From contig OZ251457.1 in assembly GCA_965242565.1 (NCBI GenBank), positions 1,935,863 through 1,999,862 on the forward strand: a DNA stretch of 64,000 nucleotides, written 5' to 3'. A model generated the notes under the pieces. It had not been told where the DNA came from and made no database searches. It saw only the letters and a program-made list of their open reading frames with translations. Below are positions 46,088 through 54,052 of this stretch, one piece after another. Numbering within the stretch: position 1 is the stretch's first letter; every line of letters starts with the position of its first letter. This DNA is from Dehalococcoidia bacterium. GTDB taxonomy: Bacteria > Chloroflexota > Dehalococcoidia > Bin125. A program made the position numbers and the translations under genes.

Positions 46088-47224
46088 ATGGCCAGCAGCA
46101 TCTACTACTCGTGCGACTCCCACGTGGTCGAAGCCCCCGAAGTCTTCGACGGACTCGTCGACCGCTTCGGCGACCGCGCCCCCCGCGTGGTCGACAAGTG
46201 GAAGGACCGCGAAGCCGTCTTCGTCGCCTGGCCCAGCATCGACTTCGCCATGTCCGTCGGACGCCTCGGCATCGCCGGCGCCAACCTCAACCTGCCCGAA
46301 ACCAAGGAGAAGATCGCCCGCGGCTGGGACCTGATCAACCCTGGCGTCAAAGACCCCGTCGCGCGCCTCTCCGAGCAGGAGCAGGACGGCATCGTCGGCG
46401 AGGTCATGTACCCCTCGATCAACATGCTCACCTACATGGTCGACGACGTCGAAGTCGTCAACGCCGTCTTCCAGCGCCACAACGACTGGATCCGCGACTA
46501 CTGCTCGCACGCCCCCGAACGGCTGATCGGCGTCGGCTGCGTCACCCTGCGCGACGTCGACCTCGCCATCGCCGAGCTCAAGCGCTGCGCCGACATGGGC
46601 ATCAAGGGCGTCGCCATCCCCTGCACCGCGCCCGCCGACAAGCCCTACTCCGCCCCCGACTACGAGCCCTTCTGGGAGGCCGCCGAAGACATCGGCCTGC
46701 CGCTCACCATGCATATCTTCTGCGGCTCCGAGCCCGGCATGAGCCTGCCCAAGGAGTGGGACCAGGTCGTCTCCTACACCCTCGCCCACGCCGCCGCCTG
46801 GAACACCGTCTCCAACCTCGTCACCTCCGGCGTCTGCGAGCGCCACCCCAACCTCCGCTTCGTCATGGCCGAGTGGGAAACCGGCTGGATCGCCCATGTC
46901 CTCCAGCGCTGGGACCACGCCTACTACCGCGCCCGCGCCGTCGACCAGACGCCCGAACTGCCGATGCTGCCCACCGAATACTTCCGCCGCAACTTCATGG
47001 TCACCTTCGAGGACGACGACATCGGCGTCCAAACCCGCGAGCAGATCGGCGTCGAAAACCTGCTCTGGGGCAACGACTACCCCCACCACGACGCGATCTG
47101 GCCCAACAGCCGCAAGATCCTCGACGAGATCATGGCCGGCGTCCCCGCCGAAGAGGAAGAGGCGATGGTCTGGGGCAACGTCCAAAAGCTCTACAACATC
47201 AACCGCGCCGCCCTCCCGGCCTGA
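46088..47224 (+). CDS. Amidohydrolase-2 (ACMSD-like metal-dependent hydrolase/decarboxylase) family protein
   Basis: YYSCDSHVVEAPEVF..., ...HIFCGSEPG..., NLLWGNDYPHHDAIWPNS are Amidohydro_2 signatures. Confidence 0.75.
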   Translation: MASSIYYSCDSHVVEAPEVFDGLVDRFGDRAPRVVDKWKDREAVFVAWPSIDFAMSVGRLGIAGANLNLPETKEKIARGWDLINPGVKDPVARLSEQEQDGIVGEVMYPSINMLTYMVDDVEVVNAVFQRHNDWIRDYCSHAPERLIGVGCVTLRDVDLAIAELKRCADMGIKGVAIPCTAPADKPYSAPDYEPFWEAAEDIGLPLTMHIFCGSEPGMSLPKEWDQVVSYTLAHAAAWNTVSNLVTSGVCERHPNLRFVMAEWETGWIAHVLQRWDHAYYRARAVDQTPELPMLPTEYFRRNFMVTFEDDDIGVQTREQIGVENLLWGNDYPHHDAIWPNSRKILDEIMAGVPAEEEEAMVWGNVQKLYNINRAALPA

Positions 47225-47251
47225 GGCCGGCCGCCATCGCTTTGAGATCAC

Positions 47252-47275
47252 GTGATCTCAAAGCGATTGTTGGGC
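47252..47275. terminator. 24-bp perfect palindrome (ctttgagatcacgtgatctcaaag) just 3' of the amidohydrolase gene; terminator or operator
   Basis: Perfect self-complementarity followed by gattgtt. It lies in a locally AT-richer segment (47230-47450). Confidence 0.4.
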
Positions 47276-47304
47276 CGGTGAAAAGGCTCATCGGATCGCT
47301 AAGA

Positions 47305-47440
47305 ACCTGTCAGTGTCAATGATTCTGACACTAAACTGACAGTTCCAGCGACGCCTGATGGCGATCTGGTAGCGTATGCCGCGCCGTCCTGATACTGTCA
47401 GTGTCAGCGAAATTGACACTCAACTGACAGTTCCGCAAAG
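47305..47440. promoter_or_regulatory. Two about 40-bp nested-palindrome operator-like sites (ctgtcagtgtcaNNgaNNNtgacactNaactgacagttcc) upstream of Fic gene 2
   Basis: Copies at 47309-47348 and 47395-47435 are nearly identical. Each contains ctgtcag...ctgacag and gtgtca...tgacac inverted pairs. Confidence 0.45.
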
Positions 47441-47449
47441 GGACGTCAT

Positions 47450-48799
47450 ATGCGGCTGCCTGAGCCCTCCCCACCCCTGCCGGCCCTGATGCGCGAGTTC
47501 CAGTCGCTCGATCCGGAGCGCCAGGTCCGCCTGATCGACGAGTCGGAAACGCTTGACTCCAAAGGCCGCTACCTGCATTGGGATCAAGTCCGCCGCCGTC
47601 CACCGCCGGACGGACTGTCGCACCGCGCCTGGTGGCTCGGATTTGTTCTCGCGCGTCGCACCGGGCGCCAACGACTGCCGCTGCTCGGCAAGGGCGGCCT
47701 GCCCTTCTGGTTCTGTCACGTTGCGCCGGTGCTGGCGCCGCTGCAACGCCTCGACCGCGAGATGGCGGGCCACATCCTGCTTGACGAGCGCGTCGTCGAC
47801 CGCAGCGATCGCGACCGTTACCTGGTGAGCTCGCTGATGGAGGAGTCGATCCGCTCCAGCCAGCTCGAGGGCGCCAACACGACGCGACTCGCCGCGCGGG
47901 AAATGCTCCGCTCCGGGCGTCGCCCGCGCGATCAGGGCGAGCGAATGATCTTCAACAACTTCGCCGCCATGACCACCGTGGAGCGCTGGGCTCAGGACAG
48001 CCGTGCCGTCACCCCCGACCGCCTGCTCACGCTGCACGAAATCGTGACCCGCGACACCCTCGGCGATCCCGCTGACTCGGGGCGGATCCAGCAGCCCGGC
48101 GAAGCCCGGGTCTCAGTCGTATCCGGCGACGGCTCTGTGGTGCATACGCCGCCGCCCGCTGAAGAGCTGCCGGAGCGGATCGAACGTCTCTGCGCGTTCG
48201 CCGCCGGCGACCTCGACGAGGGCTATCTCCACCCCGCCATCCGCGCCATCCTGCTCCACTTCATGATCGGCTACGACCACCCCTTCGTCGACGGCAACGG
48301 CCGCACCGCCCGCGCCCTCTTCTACTGGAGCCTGTTGCGCTCCGGCTACTGGCTCGCCTCTTATCTCTCGATCTCCAACCTGCTGCGCGCGGCGCCCAGC
48401 AGGTACTCCCGCGCCTATGAGTACGTCCACGCTGATGCCAACGATGCCACCTACTTCCTCATCCACCAGCTGAGCGTGATCGAGCGCGCCGCTGATCAGC
48501 TGCAGGAGTACATCGCCCGGCAGACGCGCCGCGCCGCCGCCGTCGCGCTGGCGCTCAAACAGATCCGCGGCCTCAACAAGCGGCAAGAATTCGTGCTTGA
48601 GCGGGCGCTGCGCCAGCCGGACGCGGAATTCACCGTCGCGGGACACGAGATCGAATATCGGGTCTCCTACGGCAGCGCCCGCTCCGACCTCACCGATCTG
48701 GTTGAGCGCGGCCTGCTGATCCGGCGGCGCAGCGGCAAAAAATTCGTCTTCCGCCCCGCCCCGGACCTCCCCGACCGCCTCGGCGGCGATGCGCGCTAG
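47450..48799 (+). CDS. Fic family protein (second copy; HPFVDGNGRTAR motif)
   Basis: HPFVDGNGRTARALFYWSLL is the Fic motif. N-terminal Fic_N region (SSQLEGANTTRLAAREM). C-terminal winged-helix-like tail. The start may instead be MREFQSL at about 47489. Confidence 0.75.
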   Translation: MRLPEPSPPLPALMREFQSLDPERQVRLIDESETLDSKGRYLHWDQVRRRPPPDGLSHRAWWLGFVLARRTGRQRLPLLGKGGLPFWFCHVAPVLAPLQRLDREMAGHILLDERVVDRSDRDRYLVSSLMEESIRSSQLEGANTTRLAAREMLRSGRRPRDQGERMIFNNFAAMTTVERWAQDSRAVTPDRLLTLHEIVTRDTLGDPADSGRIQQPGEARVSVVSGDGSVVHTPPPAEELPERIERLCAFAAGDLDEGYLHPAIRAILLHFMIGYDHPFVDGNGRTARALFYWSLLRSGYWLASYLSISNLLRAAPSRYSRAYEYVHADANDATYFLIHQLSVIERAADQLQEYIARQTRRAAAVALALKQIRGLNKRQEFVLERALRQPDAEFTVAGHEIEYRVSYGSARSDLTDLVERGLLIRRRSGKKFVFRPAPDLPDRLGGDAR

Positions 48800-48802
48800 C
48801 CT

Positions 48803-49717
48803 GTGGAGGAGGAGGCGCACATGCCGTCGGAACGCGAGGAAGCCGGGCTGCCGCACTATCCCGAACTGCGCTGGGTCACGTTGCAGGCGATGCGCGCCAT
48901 GCCGCTTCCGGCGTCGAACGCGGAGATCAACGAGGCCGTCGCCGACGCGCTTGGCCTGACCGACGAGCAGCGAGCCGTGATGCACTACCAAAGCTCCGGC
49001 ACTCGCCGGACGGAGTTGGAGTATCGCGTCGCTTGGGCGCGGACTGCTCTGCGGGTCGCGGGCGCAATCGACAGCGCCGGTCGCGCCGCGTGGACCGTGA
49101 CGGCTGAAGGCCGCCGAATTCGTCAGGATGTCATCAATCGGCGCTACGAGAGGCATTTGGCCGAACGCGCCGAACAACGCAGGCAGCAACAGGGAGTCGA
49201 CGCGCCAACGCCGCCCGTTGACAACGGGCCCGAATCGCCTGCTGATGTCGATTGGAAAGAGCAACTGCTCGCCCGGTTGGGCGAACTGTCGCCTGCCGGA
49301 TTCGAACGACTCGCTGGCCGTCTGCTCGTCGCGGCGGGATTCCACGATGTCGACGTACTCGGTCAGAGCGGCGACGGTGGGATCGACTGCGTCGGCATGT
49401 ACCGTCTGTCGTTGATCTCGTTCCCAACCTACGTTCAGTGCAAGCGCTATCAAGGATCGGTGAGCGCCGGCATGGTCCGTGATTTGCGCGGCGCGATGGT
49501 CGGTCGCGGAGATCGCGGTCTCCTGATCACCACCGGTACCTTCACCAAAGCCGCTCAATCCGAAGCGACACGCGACGGAGCGCCGCCAATCGAACTGATC
49601 AACGGCGAGGCGCTCTGCGACTTGCTCAAAGAATACGAACTCGGTGTCCGCGCCACGAAGCGCACCGTCGAAGACATCGATATCGAAGACGACTACTTCG
49701 AGAGGCTCGAACCATGA
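48803..49717 (+). CDS. mrr: Mrr-family type IV restriction endonuclease (Mrr_N winged helix + Mrr_cat PD-(D/E)xK)
   Basis: N-terminal Mrr_N-like segment (LRWVTLQAMRAM...INEAVADALGLTDEQRAV...SGTRRTELEYRVAWARTAL). Catalytic segment GQSGDGGIDCVG...YVQCKRYQG. Confidence 0.75.
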   Translation: MEEEAHMPSEREEAGLPHYPELRWVTLQAMRAMPLPASNAEINEAVADALGLTDEQRAVMHYQSSGTRRTELEYRVAWARTALRVAGAIDSAGRAAWTVTAEGRRIRQDVINRRYERHLAERAEQRRQQQGVDAPTPPVDNGPESPADVDWKEQLLARLGELSPAGFERLAGRLLVAAGFHDVDVLGQSGDGGIDCVGMYRLSLISFPTYVQCKRYQGSVSAGMVRDLRGAMVGRGDRGLLITTGTFTKAAQSEATRDGAPPIELINGEALCDLLKEYELGVRATKRTVEDIDIEDDYFERLEP

Positions 49718-50826
49718 CCAACCAACCCACCGTCGCCGTACTCCCCGGCGACGACGCCGCGCCCGAAGCGGTGCATGCCGTGATGACCGTGCTCCAGGCG
49801 ATGGTATTGCCCATCGAGTGGCGCATTCTGCCCGATGGCGAGGAGATCGCCCGCACGATGTCCCGCGAAGAGGGCGAAGCCTTGGTCCGCAACGCCGCCG
49901 ATGAGTGCGATACCGTGCTTTTCGGCTCCACCAATGGCCAGACGCCCGGCGTCGGTTACTTCCGCTGGGGCCGCGAAACATACGCCAACGTGCGGCCCAT
50001 TCGCTGGCGGTCCGGCTTTCGCTCGCCGCTTGCCGATCCCGAGGGCATCGACTACGTGATCGTGCGCGAAAACCTCGAAGACCTCTACGCCGGCATCGAG
50101 GGCGACCTCGCTGAGGTCGCGGCCTCCGGCATCGCCGACGGACCGCGCGTGGGCGGCGTCTCGCGCACGCCGATCGCGGGCGGCTTCCAACACTTCGCCG
50201 AGGCCGAAGGACGTTACGCCATCAAGTACTTCACCCGCGCCAACGTCGAGCGCGTCGCCCACTTCGCCTGCCGCCTCGCGCAGCGCCGCCGCGGGCAGGG
50301 GCATCCCGGCAAGCTCACCTGCTCCGCCAAAACAAACGTACTGCGCCGCAGCGACGGCTGGTTCGTCGAAATCGCCGGCGAGGTCGCCGCCGGCTACCCC
50401 GACATCGAATTCGAAACGTTTATCGCCGACGATTTCGCCCGCCGCCTCGTCGCCAGCCCGCACGACCTCGACGTCGTCCTGCTCCCCAACCTCTACGGCG
50501 ATATCTTCTCCGACGAGGGCGCGGGCACCATCGGCGGCCTCGGCCTCGCGCCCTCCGGCTGCTTTGGCGACGACTGGGCCTACTTCGAATCCGTCCACGG
50601 CACCGCGCCCGACATCGCCGGCCAGCACCGCATTAACCCCACCGCTACGATGCTCTCCGCCGCGATGATGCTCGACCACCTCGGCCTCTCCGAGCAGGGC
50701 GCCCAACTCGAGCGCGCCGTCGAAGCGACCTACGCCGCCGGCGACCGCCTCACCCCCGACCAGGGCGGCGACGCCACCACCGAGCAGTTCGCCGAAGCCG
50801 TCTTGGACGCGCTCGCCATATCCTGA
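49714..50826 (+). CDS. Isocitrate/isopropylmalate dehydrogenase family protein (tartrate/IPM dehydrogenase-like)
   Basis: NLYGDIFSDEGAGTIGGLGLAPSG and HGTAPDIAGQ...NPTATMLSAAMML are family signatures. ATGA overlap with mrr. Confidence 0.8.
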   Translation: MTNQPTVAVLPGDDAAPEAVHAVMTVLQAMVLPIEWRILPDGEEIARTMSREEGEALVRNAADECDTVLFGSTNGQTPGVGYFRWGRETYANVRPIRWRSGFRSPLADPEGIDYVIVRENLEDLYAGIEGDLAEVAASGIADGPRVGGVSRTPIAGGFQHFAEAEGRYAIKYFTRANVERVAHFACRLAQRRRGQGHPGKLTCSAKTNVLRRSDGWFVEIAGEVAAGYPDIEFETFIADDFARRLVASPHDLDVVLLPNLYGDIFSDEGAGTIGGLGLAPSGCFGDDWAYFESVHGTAPDIAGQHRINPTATMLSAAMMLDHLGLSEQGAQLERAVEATYAAGDRLTPDQGGDATTEQFAEAVLDALAIS

Positions 50827-50839
50827 TCACGGGTGTGGA

Positions 50840-50937
50840 TGGCGGGAGCGCATGGGAGTCGAACCCACCCGAGACGGCGCGGGCCGCCCCGCAACGGTTT
50901 TGAAGACCGGGAGGGCCACCGGGCCCCTTCCGCTCCC
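50840..50937 (-). tRNA. selC: tRNA-Sec (selC), anticodon UCA
   Basis: Minus-strand sequence GGGAGCGG-AA-GGGGCC-CGGT-GGCCCT-CCCGGT-CTTCAAA-ACCGTT-(24-nt extra arm GCGGGGCGGCCCGCGCCGTCTCGG)-GTGGG-TTCGACT-CCCAT-GCGCTCCC-G-CCA. D-stem 6 bp with 4-nt loop CGGT. Anticodon loop CU-UCA-AA. T-loop TTCGACT as in E. coli selC. 9-bp variable-arm stem. Discriminator G and encoded CCA. About 8-nt acceptor strands (one G-G mismatch at the last pair). Confidence 0.7.
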
Positions 50938-50967
50938 ACGCTCACTCTACCCGACCAGCCGCGCCGA

Positions 50968-51396
50968 CTAGCGATCGGGCACCGCGAGATGCATGTCCCC
51001 GGCGACGACGAGCTTCTGAAGCGCCCGCGACAGCCGCGGCGTTTCTCGATGTAGTCCACTGATCTCGCTGTGCGACGGGAAGCCGGCGAGCGGAGCATGC
51101 CTGATGTGCAAGAACTGCCCGGGCCGCAACCGTGCCGCATCTCTCGCCTGTCCCACGTTGATCACCGCGAATCGGCCGTTCCGTCGCAACCGCAGGTTCG
51201 CCCCAACCTCACGGCCCAGATCGTTGAATGTAGCCTCGTCCGCCACATCCCCAAAGTGCTCGACCCAAACGACCGATAAGGGCGCGTCGAGCGGTTCCGG
51301 CACGAACGCATCCAGCAGCGGCAGCCCGTCCACGACCATCCGTGGACTGCAATAGCGGGCGACGTGATCGGCGTCCGGTAGGTCGTCGCCCGTCAT
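50968..51396 (-). CDS. Hypothetical protein (142 aa), second gene of a two-gene cassette next to selC
   Basis: ORF with ATGA overlap with the upstream ORF. No family recognised. Confidence 0.35.
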   Translation of the reverse strand: MTGDDLPDADHVARYCSPRMVVDGLPLLDAFVPEPLDAPLSVVWVEHFGDVADEATFNDLGREVGANLRLRRNGRFAVINVGQARDAARLRPGQFLHIRHAPLAGFPSHSEISGLHRETPRLSRALQKLVVAGDMHLAVPDR

Positions 51397-51827
51397 CGAC
51401 GCAGCAGCCTGTCAATGAACGGTTGCATCGCAACCTCGGCCTCAGCCGGTGTCAGCGTGCTGTTGACGGGTGCGCAATTCGGCATGCGCTCGGGCTCGTC
51501 GAACGCTGCGTAGATGCGGATCAGACCGTCGGCCAGGAAGGTCAGCGCCACAATTCCGGGAGGATCGAGCAACCACTCGATCTGAACGAGCCCGTTGGGC
51601 TTTACGCCGATGCGCGGATCGGGCAGCGTGGAGCACCGTCGCAACAGCTCGGCGAACCGGCGCAGCGACTCGATGTTGATCGGCTCCTCGTCCGGATCGT
51701 CGCCGTCCAGGCTGAGCAGATACGTCACGCGCTCTGCCGCTGTGAAGCGTTGACGCGCCTCGAGCTCGCGCACGATCTCATCGGCGCGCGGGTCCGCCGG
51801 CGTCGACTGCTCCCGTAGTGTCGTCAT
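51393..51827 (-). CDS. Hypothetical protein (144 aa), first gene of two-gene cassette
   Basis: ORF only; no family recognised. Confidence 0.35.
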   Translation of the reverse strand: MTTLREQSTPADPRADEIVRELEARQRFTAAERVTYLLSLDGDDPDEEPINIESLRRFAELLRRCSTLPDPRIGVKPNGLVQIEWLLDPPGIVALTFLADGLIRIYAAFDEPERMPNCAPVNSTLTPAEAEVAMQPFIDRLLRR

Positions 51828-51910
51828 CCGGACATCCTCGCTCCATCCCGTGCCGGGAGCCGCCCGCTCATTCTAGCGCGCTCGACGGAGTCGGGCGCGA
51901 CAGAACTCGA

Positions 51911-52516
51911 TCACCCCAATTCCTCCGCCACGCCGTCCAGTAGGCGCCCCAGCATCGTCGCCGTCGCGCCGAAGATACGGTGTCCCTCGAACCAGTACTC
52001 CCGCATCCGAAACGTTGTGCCGTCCTCCCGCGTGCGCGTCTCATAGCGCGTATTCGCCGGATCCAGCAGATGCGAGAGCGGCGGCGTAATCACCTCCGCC
52101 ACCTCGATCTCCAGCGGCCGAAACCGATACGGCGCGCGGTCCAGCAACCCCACGAACGGAATCACGTGAAAATCCGTGATCGTGCGGTAGTGGCTCTGCT
52201 CGCCCAGAATCTCCACATGCTCGGAGAGGATGCCGACTTCCTCGTCGGCCTCGCGCAGCGCCGCCGCCAGCGGCGCCTCGCCCGCATCCAGCGCGCCGCC
52301 GGGGAACGATATCTCCCCCTTGTGATGCTCCACGTGCTGGCTGCGCACCGTCAGCACCACCTGCGGATCGTCATACGGCAGTACCGCGATCAGCACCGCC
52401 GCCGCCCAGCTGCCCGTGCCCTCCACCATCGTCTCCACGCTGTGCGCCGCCACCGCCCGTCGAATTGCCGCGATCATCGGCGGATCGGCCGCCTCTGCGC
52501 CTGTCGTATCGCTCAT
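51911..52516 (-). CDS. NUDIX hydrolase (CoA pyrophosphatase-like)
   Basis: Nudix box GEISFPGGALDAGEAPLAAALREADEEVGI. The upstream LTVRS...H pattern is typical of NudL-type CoA pyrophosphatases. Confidence 0.75.
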   Translation of the reverse strand: MSDTTGAEAADPPMIAAIRRAVAAHSVETMVEGTGSWAAAVLIAVLPYDDPQVVLTVRSQHVEHHKGEISFPGGALDAGEAPLAAALREADEEVGILSEHVEILGEQSHYRTITDFHVIPFVGLLDRAPYRFRPLEIEVAEVITPPLSHLLDPANTRYETRTREDGTTFRMREYWFEGHRIFGATATMLGRLLDGVAEELG

Positions 52517-52555
52517 CGTCGACCTCCTGTCTGTCCGTCTGTTCGCGCTGTTGAA

Positions 52556-53224
52556 TTACCCCACGTACAGCTCGGCCTGCGCCGGCGCGACCGCCTCACC
52601 GAGCGCCGACTGAAATTCCGCCCAGCGATCGTCGAAGCGCGACGAACGGAAACGCACGTGCAGACTCGTCGTCTCCGCATTCTGACTGCTGCTCTCGTGC
52701 CGCACTCCCTGTAGGTTGGCGTTGAGGAAATCGAGCAGCGCGCGCTCGTGCTCCGCGTAGTCTGCCGCCGCCATCGTCACGATCAAATCCCGTCCCGACG
52801 GCAGCAGCGAGCGCAGCGAGGACCCGCTCAGGAAGCGCTGCAACACCAGCACCGCGAGGGCGATCGCAAACAGCAGCCCGATCATCTCGTAGTTGTACGT
52901 CGCCGCGCTGATCGACGACGCGATCACCAGCAGCAGGTATCCGATCTCCGCCGGATCCTTCACCGGCGTGCGGAAGCGCACGAACGAGAGCGCTCCCAGC
53001 AGCCCCAGCGAGAGCGGCAGCGAGTTCTGAATCGCTACGAACAGCACCGTGATCGCCGGCCCCGCCAGCAGAAATGTGCGGTACACGCCCGCGCCGCGAT
53101 CCCAGTCGCGGTAGAAGATGATGTACATCGCCCACGCCGCCACCGACGCCGCGAGCGAAATCAGCATCGCCACCGCGAACGACGAGAACTCGATGTCGGA
53201 GATCGGTCCGAACCACTCGTCCAT
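52556..53224 (-). CDS. DUF4956 domain membrane protein
   Basis: VRFRTPVKDPAEIGYLLLVIASS is the DUF4956 signature. It forms the usual genomic partnership with the VTC-domain gene immediately upstream. Confidence 0.6.
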   Translation of the reverse strand: MDEWFGPISDIEFSSFAVAMLISLAASVAAWAMYIIFYRDWDRGAGVYRTFLLAGPAITVLFVAIQNSLPLSLGLLGALSFVRFRTPVKDPAEIGYLLLVIASSISAATYNYEMIGLLFAIALAVLVLQRFLSGSSLRSLLPSGRDLIVTMAAADYAEHERALLDFLNANLQGVRHESSSQNAETTSLHVRFRSSRFDDRWAEFQSALGEAVAPAQAELYVG

Positions 53225-53258
53225 TGCCCTGCTCCGATCCTGTTACCTGTTGTGCATG

Positions 53259-54014
53259 TTATGCCCCGCCGCGCCAGATGCGCGAGGAGATGCGCTCGAC
53301 CGCGATCGCGTACTTGGAGTGCGCCTCGCGCCGCAGCCCGAGCCGCTCCAGTCCGTTCAGCCGCGCCGGCAGCGGTCCCGCCGACTTCAGCTCCAGCACC
53401 GCGCCGTCGGCGATGCCGAGCCATGCCGCGCCGCGCCGCGGCTCGGCCGCCCGCACCCGCGCGTCGATCGAGACCCGCAGCCCGCTCGCTGCGTCCTCCC
53501 AGCGCCGCCGCGCGTAGCGCACCAGCACGGTCGGCTCCAGCGTCGGCGCAGCCGGCGCGCTCAGCTCGCGCAGCGCGTCGGCCAGCTGCCCGCGCGTCGG
53601 CAGCCGGATGCCCTCCGTCAGCGCCGCACCTTCCGCAGGGTCGAGCCGCAGCCGCAGCTTCCGTCCCGTCCAGCCCTCGCGCAGCTTCACTTCCAGCCAG
53701 CAGCCGTCCGCCGCGTCAACCGGCTCGCCGTACCAGCGCAGCCGCAGCTTCGCCTTGCCCCAGAAGCCGTCCGCCGCGCCCCAGTAGGCGTCCAGCGACG
53801 CGCTGTCGTAGTAGCACGACGTGATCACCCCGCGCGGGTAGGCCGGATCCGGCGCGACGCGCGCTCCGATCCACGCCGCCAGCAGCTCCACTCGCCCTTC
53901 CGCCAGCGGATACTTGCGCTCCTCGCGCGCTCCGCGATCAGGGCGATCAGGGCGATCGGGCTGCGCGGCGGGCGAATCGGCGGCGGACGGCGGCGACGGT
54001 GCTGAGTTGACCAT
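53259..54014 (-). CDS. VTC-domain (polyphosphate polymerase-like) protein
   Basis: RKYPLAEGRVELLAAWI...ITSCYYDS...WLEVKLREG...LELKSAG matches the bacterial VTC domain pattern. Adjacent to DUF4956 and divergent from CotH. Confidence 0.6.
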   Translation of the reverse strand: MVNSAPSPPSAADSPAAQPDRPDRPDRGAREERKYPLAEGRVELLAAWIGARVAPDPAYPRGVITSCYYDSASLDAYWGAADGFWGKAKLRLRWYGEPVDAADGCWLEVKLREGWTGRKLRLRLDPAEGAALTEGIRLPTRGQLADALRELSAPAAPTLEPTVLVRYARRRWEDAASGLRVSIDARVRAAEPRRGAAWLGIADGAVLELKSAGPLPARLNGLERLGLRREAHSKYAIAVERISSRIWRGGA

Positions 54015-54052
54015 TTTGAGATGTTAACATCGCGATCACGGAGGCGCTCGCC

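Noticed and set aside
47230-50830. Integrated island at selC with att direct repeat and integrase
   Set aside because: Searched the AT-richer boundary for a copy of the selC 3' end and for an integrase gene. Neither was seen, so island status is only suggested (kept as a lower-confidence finding), not asserted.
53118-54005. 295-aa plus-strand ORF and several Arg/Pro-rich ORFs between 52700 and 54000
   Set aside because: Antisense or alternate frame of the DUF4956 and VTC genes, with no coherent domain content.
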